Of a stretch of 64,000 nt of DNA, positions 57,727 to 64,000 are shown piece after piece. How positions within the stretch are numbered: the stretch's first letter is position 1; every line of letters begins with the position of its first letter. Origin of the DNA: a bacterium. Lineage in GTDB: Bacteria > CLD3 > SB21. Under the pieces are notes generated by a model, which had not been told where the DNA came from, searched no databases, and saw only the letters and a list, made by a program, of their open reading frames with translations. The position numbers and the translations under genes are program-made. The stretch covers positions 2,413-66,412 of the forward strand of contig WBUR01000022.1 in NCBI GenBank assembly GCA_008933615.1. Reading direction: 5' to 3'.

Positions 57727-57792
57727 ACGATTAGCCCTCTCATTTTTTTCGTGACGTGCGATAATATCTATTTTTGGCTGCCACAGACTTAT

Positions 57793-58191
57793 CTATCTCC
57801 ATCGATCTCCAGGCCTCTTCACATAATTTGCGATAACATAACGCCAGGGAATCACGAACGGAATGATGACTACCATCAAGCATTCTTTGGCCGACGCTGC
57901 TGTCTCCGCGCTTAATTGATCGCCCAGCCACAGCGGGAGCGCAACTCCGGTTAACCATATCGTCTTCCAAACCAGTTCGAAGAAAAGCAAAGGTAACATT
58001 TGCAGCGGATACCGAATCCCCAAAGCCGCCAGAAGCGCCATGGCAAACAGCAAACTGCTGCCGACGCCATGCCAAAAGGTCAAGGCGTATGCCTGGTTGA
58101 TTGCCGGCCATTGGATGACTCCTTGCCCCACGAACATCAGCAGATAAAGAGCTCTCATCAGATACAGTCGGAATGTTGATACTTCAGGCAT
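57793..58191 (-). CDS. hypothetical four-TM membrane protein (DoxX-like)
   Basis: About 132-aa hydrophobic ORF between the two DUF4386 paralogs. Start chosen at MPEVSTF, which overlaps the upstream gene by 8 nt. Confidence 0.45.
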   Translation of the reverse strand: MPEVSTFRLYLMRALYLLMFVGQGVIQWPAINQAYALTFWHGVGSSLLFAMALLAALGIRYPLQMLPLLFFELVWKTIWLTGVALPLWLGDQLSAETAASAKECLMVVIIPFVIPWRYVIANYVKRPGDRWR

Positions 58192-58945
58192 GGTCTGATC
58201 CCCTTTCTGCAACTTGTTTTTGCGATGCCTTTTCGCGCCACTTTTGAATATTCACGCCCTTCACGATCATCCACAGGCTCATGGAAGATTCTCCAATAAA
58301 GGCGGGAAGCAGACTATACGGAAAAAGAAGCGCGAGTAAAGGAGGAAACAGAAACATGGCAAGGCTATTGCTCAGATAGCCTATGCCTGCCAGGGTATAA
58401 ATAAAGCCCAGAATTCGAGGAAGAAAAGTTGATTTATAAACCAGGTATCCGATAATTGGAAAATAAAAAGCGAACAATAAAAGGCTGATGCCATACCCTT
58501 GTGATTGCAAATTGAGAAAAAATAGCGAAAGCGTCTGTAACTGCTCCGGTGTAAATGCTTTTAAGTAAACGGCCTTATGCAAGAGCAGCAAAGGCGCAAG
58601 CTGGTTGAGCAGGTTGACAGCCATGACTGCGCTCCCTAATATGGAAAATATTAAAGCAAGCAGAGACAGATTCTTATTCACTCTTTTGAACATGACATAG
58701 AAAATGAGTGACAAAAAAGTACCGGAGATAAGACAGACAAGATCGGCTACAAAACCAAAACGAAACATCAGTTCGGACGACAGAATATTCTGCGCCGTAG
58801 CCGCCGCATCACGCGATACGGTGAGCCCTTCCCTGACGAATACTTCGGCGAACCCGCCGGCGATTATCATGACCAGGTATAGGACTCCGCAGATCCTTGC
58901 ATAAAATTGCGGTGAAGTTTCAATGGATTTAATCTCTGTGGTCAT
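58184..58945 (-). CDS. DUF4386-like membrane protein (paralog)
   Basis: 253-aa protein sharing ARICGVLYLVMIIAGGFAEVFV...AAATAQNILSSELMFRFGF with 57010..57726. Confidence 0.65.
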   Translation of the reverse strand: MTTEIKSIETSPQFYARICGVLYLVMIIAGGFAEVFVREGLTVSRDAAATAQNILSSELMFRFGFVADLVCLISGTFLSLIFYVMFKRVNKNLSLLALIFSILGSAVMAVNLLNQLAPLLLLHKAVYLKAFTPEQLQTLSLFFLNLQSQGYGISLLLFAFYFPIIGYLVYKSTFLPRILGFIYTLAGIGYLSNSLAMFLFPPLLALLFPYSLLPAFIGESSMSLWMIVKGVNIQKWREKASQKQVAERGSDHA

Positions 58946-58991
58946 TTGAACTGCTCCTGTGATTGATTGTTAAAAAAAAACTCTTGATGAT

Positions 58992-59858
58992 CTACTTAGA
59001 AACCCGCTCCAACCCCTCCTTGGCTTCTTTCAAACGGCCATCCGATCTTAATGCGATCTCATAAAGCCTTTTTGCTTCAACTTTATTTCCCATCTTCTCT
59101 TTGATCTGAGCAAGCCGCATGTTAGCGCCTGCATGAGAAGGCTCGCCCGTTTGAGGCGTGTGTGTCAGATATTTCTTTAAACATTCTTCCCCGCGCTCCA
59201 GTCTTTGGCCGGACAATGCGCTCGCTTTCCCAACTTGATAAATGGAAACATAGCCTTCAGGGTTTTCCTTGAGCGATTCTTCAAAAAGAAGAAGGGCCTT
59301 TTCATAATTCTTCTCCAACATAAAGATTTCGCCCATCTCCCGGTGTCCAATAGCGGGGCTCAATTTAATAAGCTGGTTTGCTATATCCTTTGCTTTGTCT
59401 ATGCTTCCACCCATAAAGCCGGGCGCTTCTGTATAATACCCGACTAGTGAAATACGCGCATCAATGTTTTTGTCGTCAAGAGTAGCAGCCTTTTCCCATG
59501 CCTTTCTTATTTTGGGCGCCAGCATTGCGCCTGTCAACGGGTTTGAAACCAGCGCTCTGTTTCTATACGCATTCCCCAACCAGTGATGGTAGTCAGCCAC
59601 TTTATCATTGGTATCAATTGCTTCATTAAATAGATCCGCCGCCTCTTCATATTCCTTTTCCTCATAAGCAACCCTACCAAGGTAATACTGTGCGTCCGCG
59701 AAAGCCGGGTCTTCCTTGTCAATCGATGCAAGTATATTTTTTACCCGGTCATATTTCCTCTGCTCAAAAGAAGTTTTGGCCTGCTCAATCTTAGTTTGGC
59801 CAAACGCACTAATCGTTAGTACTAAAAAAGCACAGCCCATCTGGATTATTTTATTCAT
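58992..59858 (-). CDS. secreted TPR-repeat protein
   Basis: 288-aa ORF with signal peptide followed by about six TPR motifs. Confidence 0.7.
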   Translation of the reverse strand: MNKIIQMGCAFLVLTISAFGQTKIEQAKTSFEQRKYDRVKNILASIDKEDPAFADAQYYLGRVAYEEKEYEEAADLFNEAIDTNDKVADYHHWLGNAYRNRALVSNPLTGAMLAPKIRKAWEKAATLDDKNIDARISLVGYYTEAPGFMGGSIDKAKDIANQLIKLSPAIGHREMGEIFMLEKNYEKALLLFEESLKENPEGYVSIYQVGKASALSGQRLERGEECLKKYLTHTPQTGEPSHAGANMRLAQIKEKMGNKVEAKRLYEIALRSDGRLKEAKEGLERVSK

Positions 59859-60074
59859 GATTTTAAGTTTACTCCCCTATTTATTGATCAAATTAATTCA
59901 CAACTGTTCGACACTTTAAGAGTTTGGATCACCTGCACAGCAATGAGATACGCAAAAATAATCATTTGTATACGCAAAATAGCTTCACCGCCTACAGACT
60001 ACCGCTTTGAGTCAACGAACAACATGTTTAGACCTATTAATAAATTTGATTGTGTCGGCGTGATGAAGTAATTT

Positions 60075-61196
60075 ATGAGCGCATGCCCCAGGACGGTTCA
60101 TCTGAGGATCATTCATTTTATGGTAAATAATATTTCAAGTAGTGCGGCAAGAAGAGAGCCCTTTGTTTTTTATCTGTGGGCAGGGGTCGTCTATTTCGGG
60201 CTGATGTTGCTGTTTGATGTAACAAATCATCTTGATACGTTCTTCCTTAGAACTATCAATTCACTATGGCTTACAGCTTATATCCTCGGCTTATACTATT
60301 TTCTGTTTGAGTATTGTCTTCCCTACGTCAGGTTTACGCTTGCCGGAATTGTCATGTCACTATTAACATTGTTTCTTTGGTTTCTGTTAATTTCATTGGG
60401 ACTTTTTTATTGGAGGTATTTTGGAATATGGATCGGATTATATTCGCCCTATCTGGAATACATTTCCGTCATGGCCGGAGTTTACAATCAGTTCCAAAAT
60501 AATGCCTTCTCGATCGCATTTTTTGGAATCGCTAAGCACTTATCGACTCATTACCGATTAAGGCTCTTAACGCAACAGCTGCACATTGAGAAGCAGCAGG
60601 CCGAACTTAATTTCATTAAGGCTCAAACCAATCCCCATTTCTTATTCAATACGCTTAATAACATATACTCCTTGGCACGTGACAAGTCCACTTTGGCATC
60701 CGAATCTATCTTGCGGCTATCAAAGATTCTTCGCTATATGATTTATGAAGCCACGGTCGAATTAATCGATATTGAAAAAGAAATCAATATCATTGAAGAC
60801 TATATAGCTCTTGAGAGATTACGCTACGATAATACATTAAGGATCATCTTTAAACATACGGTGGACAGGAATCATTCTATTCCGCCATTGCTTTTAATTC
60901 CGCTTGTTGAGAATGCTTTTAAGCACGGCGCTTCCCAATCGACCGCAGAGCCGCGCGTAAGCGTTAATCTTTCTGTCAAGCTAGGTAAACTGGAATTCAA
61001 AGTTGAGAATTCTATTGAGGAGGACGTAGATAATCCTTCCGGCAAAGAGAATATTGGTCACCAGAATCTAAAGCGGCAATTAGAATTGTTGTTTACGGAT
61101 TATGAATTTTCAGTGGAGAAAAATAACAACGTATATACGGCCCTATTAAGGATAAATTTAAACAGTTATGTCTCAAATAAGCTGCATCATCGTTGA
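60075..61196 (+). CDS. LytS/YehU family sensor histidine kinase
   Basis: Multi-TM N-terminus, His_kinase box NPHFLFNTLNNIYSL, HATPase region ...LIPLVENAFKHG.... The start may be an internal Met. Confidence 0.85.
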   Translation: MSACPRTVHLRIIHFMVNNISSSAARREPFVFYLWAGVVYFGLMLLFDVTNHLDTFFLRTINSLWLTAYILGLYYFLFEYCLPYVRFTLAGIVMSLLTLFLWFLLISLGLFYWRYFGIWIGLYSPYLEYISVMAGVYNQFQNNAFSIAFFGIAKHLSTHYRLRLLTQQLHIEKQQAELNFIKAQTNPHFLFNTLNNIYSLARDKSTLASESILRLSKILRYMIYEATVELIDIEKEINIIEDYIALERLRYDNTLRIIFKHTVDRNHSIPPLLLIPLVENAFKHGASQSTAEPRVSVNLSVKLGKLEFKVENSIEEDVDNPSGKENIGHQNLKRQLELLFTDYEFSVEKNNNVYTALLRINLNSYVSNKLHHR

Positions 61197-61851
61197 AGAC
61201 GAACCGTTGGCGGTAAAGATTTTGACAGACTACGTTCGTCAAGTCCCTTTCCTGGCGCTCAAAGGAACATTTAAGAACGCCTTGTTGGCAATTGATTTTC
61301 TGAAGAATCACAAAATAGATCTGATTCTTTTGGACATACATTTACCTAAGATGAAGGGATTTCAGTTTCTGAAAACTTTGCCTTCACCGCCCTCAGTGAT
61401 TGTGACCACAGCTTACCATCAATATGCGATCGAAGGATTTGATCTCAATGTTACTGATTATTTACTAAAGCCTTTTGAATTTGAACGATTTGTGAAAGCC
61501 GTAAATAAAGTAAAAGGAAAGCTGGAGACCGCAGGCAATCCTGGAACGACCGGGGATTATTTCTTTCTCACTGTTAGTAAAAAGAAAGTTAAGTTAGCCT
61601 TTGTGGACATTGTTTACGTTGAAAGTCAAAGGGAATATGTTAAAGTAGTTACCCATGAAAAGGCTTACCTATCAAAAATCAGTACTCATGAGATAGAGAA
61701 GCTTCTCCCTGCCAACCTCTTCAAGCGTGTTCACCGTTCTTATATTATCTCAACAAAATGGATAAAGTCTTATACTTTTGATCAGGTAGACGTGGATGGC
61801 GTTTCAATCCCCATCGGAAGAAATTATAAACATGTTACCGATGAGTTTTAA
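61168..61851 (+). CDS. LytR/AlgR (LytTR) family response regulator
   Basis: Receiver domain (IIVEDEPLA...LLDIHLPKM) plus C-terminal LytTR DNA-binding domain. It overlaps the kinase gene by 29 nt. Confidence 0.9.
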   Translation: MSQISCIIVEDEPLAVKILTDYVRQVPFLALKGTFKNALLAIDFLKNHKIDLILLDIHLPKMKGFQFLKTLPSPPSVIVTTAYHQYAIEGFDLNVTDYLLKPFEFERFVKAVNKVKGKLETAGNPGTTGDYFFLTVSKKKVKLAFVDIVYVESQREYVKVVTHEKAYLSKISTHEIEKLLPANLFKRVHRSYIISTKWIKSYTFDQVDVDGVSIPIGRNYKHVTDEF

Positions 61852-62187
61852 AATCCGATGGCTCTTCCCTGAGTACAATCGACATTTCTACTTGCAAATC
61901 TGCCTATCTGAACGCTGAAACGTCTGCTCAACTCGTGCAATTTCTTGAAGTCCGCGATAAATAGATTCGATATTTTCAACCCTATCCCTTCTCCTCGGCC
62001 ATTATTAATATCAATTCATTGGCCAACACCTTTTAGGATAACCCCGGACAAGTTCCTTCGTTCCGCGATTTCAAACCCATAAGGTTTATCGGATCAAATT
62101 CCATCCGTAAATCATTCTATCAACCCGCCATCGGAGGCAGAAAACCGGATCTATTCTGGTAAACCTTATAGGTTTAATGCGCGGACC

Positions 62188-62245
62188 ATTCCGCGTAGGG
62201 TCGGTTCCTTAATGCCGAAGTTTGACATTAAGCACTCGGGCATGT
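62188..62245. repeat. solo copy of the 83-bp repeat family seen at 56648..56925
   Basis: TTCCGCGTAGGGTCGGTTCCTTAATGCCGAAGTTTGACATTAAGCACTCGG matches the array unit across the unit boundary, with about 85% identity and the same orientation. Confidence 0.55.
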
Positions 62246-62319
62246 ACTGTCGTATTTAGTACATACCCTCTTTTTGTAAAAAAATAGAAAAAGCGAGGCG
62301 CAAATTCATGGCCAGAGCG

Positions 62320-62925
62320 CTACATGTCGTCCGCCGTTGGGCCGTACATACCCGGAACGCGCGCATCCAGGATGCGGAGTAATGTCCCGATCTGCGCACG
62401 ATGATGTATTTCATGACAAACCCACGCCTGCGCCATTTCGATTCCCGTCGGATTCCACATGACCTTGCCGTTCATCTCAAAAGGATACTTCTTCGTTAAA
62501 TTGGCTGGACGGACATTTTTGGCGACTGCTTTGAATTCTTCGACAGCTTTATTGTAATGTGCCAGGATCTCGGTGGTCGTGTTAATTGTCGATACATTAC
62601 CAAAGGTCAACTTCCCGGTCTTCAGCGTCTCAGCCAGTCCTAGGATCGAATCCCCCAAATGCGTCGCCAATTCTCCGGGCGTACGGAATTTAGGATGAAC
62701 TTTTCTCCCGAGTAACTCGTTTGGAACCGCGCCGATCATGCGCACGGACGCCTGCGATTCCTGCGTATACCATCCCACCAGCCCTGCCAGAGGATTGGCA
62801 GACACTGCTTTCTTCGCCTTCTGTTTGCTAACGGTTTTTTTTACTTTCTTAACCGCCTTTTTCGCCTTGGGTTTGCTGACCTTTTTTGCTTTCTTGGCCG
62901 TTTTCTTCTTAGCTTTTTTTGCCAT
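62320..62925 (-). CDS. DinB/YfiT-like putative metalloenzyme with lysine-rich KKAKK-repeat N-terminal tail
   Basis: First 40 aa are MAKKAKKKTAKKAKKVSKPKAKKAVKKVKKTVSKQKAKKA. The C-terminal four-helix-bundle-like domain has conserved His (HLGD...HEIHHRAQ). Confidence 0.55.
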   Translation of the reverse strand: MAKKAKKKTAKKAKKVSKPKAKKAVKKVKKTVSKQKAKKAVSANPLAGLVGWYTQESQASVRMIGAVPNELLGRKVHPKFRTPGELATHLGDSILGLAETLKTGKLTFGNVSTINTTTEILAHYNKAVEEFKAVAKNVRPANLTKKYPFEMNGKVMWNPTGIEMAQAWVCHEIHHRAQIGTLLRILDARVPGMYGPTADDM

Positions 62926-63010
62926 GGATCGATCTCCTTTTTGTTTTAGGTTTAGGGAATAGGTTATTTTATAGAATTATTAGGATATTCTAAAGTCTTT
63001 TGTTTATTCC

Positions 63011-64000
63011 TCAATCCTTGACACAGCGCACGTAATATGAACTATATTCATTGCTGTCGCTGTAAAGCCCCAGGCTGCGTTCACTGCCGTGTACTTCGAG
63101 AACCCATCCGCGTTCGGGTCCTGCGTTGTCCCACAGCCAGATTCCTGCATACCAACCAACGCCATCGAAATTACCAAGGCTTCCGCGCGAACCTCCGAGC
63201 AAAATATCAAAGCCCGACTTTCCTTCTTCAATCAAAGCGTCAAACGCTTCCCGCCCCGGGCCGCCATAATTATTCAACAGCATTTCCCATTCCTGCTGTG
63301 TGGGCAAGTGCCATCCCGGCGGCGCAACAATCTTCGCATGTTCCCAGTCGTACAACCGCCCGTATTTTTCACATGTAGCCGCCTCGTTATCGTAACACCA
63401 CGATGAATCCGTGCGATAATTCAAATTCTCCGCCATCCAAGTCTGCAAACCGATCTTTACCGTTTTATATTTTTTCCCGTCGCGCGGGTCTGTGAAACTT
63501 CCGAGGCCGGAATTCTTAGGTTCGTCCGGAGCCTTAATTCCCGCAAAAGCATTTCCTACAACGGCCATGGCTGAAAAAAGCCCGTCGATCTTTCCTTCGT
63601 GATCCCGCGTTTCAGATAACAGTATCTGCCCCGTCGATACGTCGATGATCCTAAGATCGACGGAGTATGTGTTACCCAACTTACCGATATCACCGGCGAC
63701 CATAATTTCCACACCGAGCAGTTGCCCCACCTGAACAGCGCATTCGGAGGAATTACAATTATCGGACATCACGAAATTCTGTTCCTTCAGAATATCGGAC
63801 ATCTTTCCCCGCTCCAGCACGGTAAAAGCATTCGTCTTCACCAGTATTGAGCGGAACCGGTTGGATAAAGTAATCAGTTCGTCTTTTCCAATTTCCTTGC
63901 TGGAGGAATTAAATTCAAGTACGGCAACGGTTTTCTTTTTGATTTGCGCGTGGGTAAAATACGGCGTCTGCGTCGCAACGGCAAACGTCAGCAAGCACAG
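63011..64000 (-). CDS. lipoprotein with N-terminal CsgG/LpoB-like domain and C-terminal Fibrobacter succinogenes major paralogous domain (partial; N-terminus beyond window end)
   Basis: C-terminus ...FTDPRDGKKYKTVKIGLQTWMAENLNY...CEKYGRLYDWE...PPGWHLPTQQEWEMLLNNYGG matches the FISUMP/TIGR02145 pattern. The ORF remains open to the window edge. Confidence 0.7.
   Translation of the reverse strand: MCLLTFAVATQTPYFTHAQIKKKTVAVLEFNSSSKEIGKDELITLSNRFRSILVKTNAFTVLERGKMSDILKEQNFVMSDNCNSSECAVQVGQLLGVEIMVAGDIGKLGNTYSVDLRIIDVSTGQILLSETRDHEGKIDGLFSAMAVVGNAFAGIKAPDEPKNSGLGSFTDPRDGKKYKTVKIGLQTWMAENLNYRTDSSWCYDNEAATCEKYGRLYDWEHAKIVAPPGWHLPTQQEWEMLLNNYGGPGREAFDALIEEGKSGFDILLGGSRGSLGNFDGVGWYAGIWLWDNAGPERGWVLEVHGSERSLGLYSDSNEYSSYYVRCVKD

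Overview
This is a dense chromosomal window with about 42% GC, apparently from an FCB-superphylum bacterium (Bacteroidota/Ignavibacteriota-like). The phylum guess is inference only. It rests on two tandem Skp/OmpH genes after bamA-uppS and before lpxD, T9SS C-terminal-domain remnants, futalosine-pathway menaquinone genes, and LytS/LytTR regulation. Most of the window is housekeeping: trpS (partial), a crcB-DUF190-ubiA fluoride operon, xth, uppS-bamA-skp-skp-lpxD, ruvB, thiE, a two-lipoyl-domain E2 acyltransferase, tRNA-Ser, gatB, purA, secDF, lhgO, aroE, trxB, rpmE-prfA, mqn genes, feoAB and iscA. The accessory and unusual content falls into four places. (1) A cobalamin riboswitch with its terminator controls a BtuB-like TonB receptor operon. 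That operon also carries a small membrane protein, a YVTN beta-propeller lipoprotein, a PduO adenosyltransferase and a Bfd-like 2Fe-2S protein, and a 154-bp MITE-like element has inserted into the riboswitch terminator T-tract. (2) An island next to tRNA-Glu holds a DUF559 gene and an eroded type I restriction-modification locus (hsdR N-terminus joined to half of hsdS). It also holds a 102-nt cloverleaf-like inverted-repeat element and an 83-bp palindromic tandem-repeat array. A solo copy of that repeat lies 5.3 kb away, so the two bracket a DUF4386/DoxX/TPR/LytS-LytTR module. (3) A 1.2-kb tandem duplication carries beta-propeller lipoprotein genes, each preceded by a decayed T9SS C-terminal sorting-domain remnant. 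One copy has a G9 tract. (4) There is a 1476-aa TPR lipoprotein with an embedded C39-like cysteine peptidase domain, and a 451-aa protein with an extremely Cys-rich tail beside an HMA lipoprotein in a metal-handling neighbourhood. No CRISPR, rRNA or integrase was seen.
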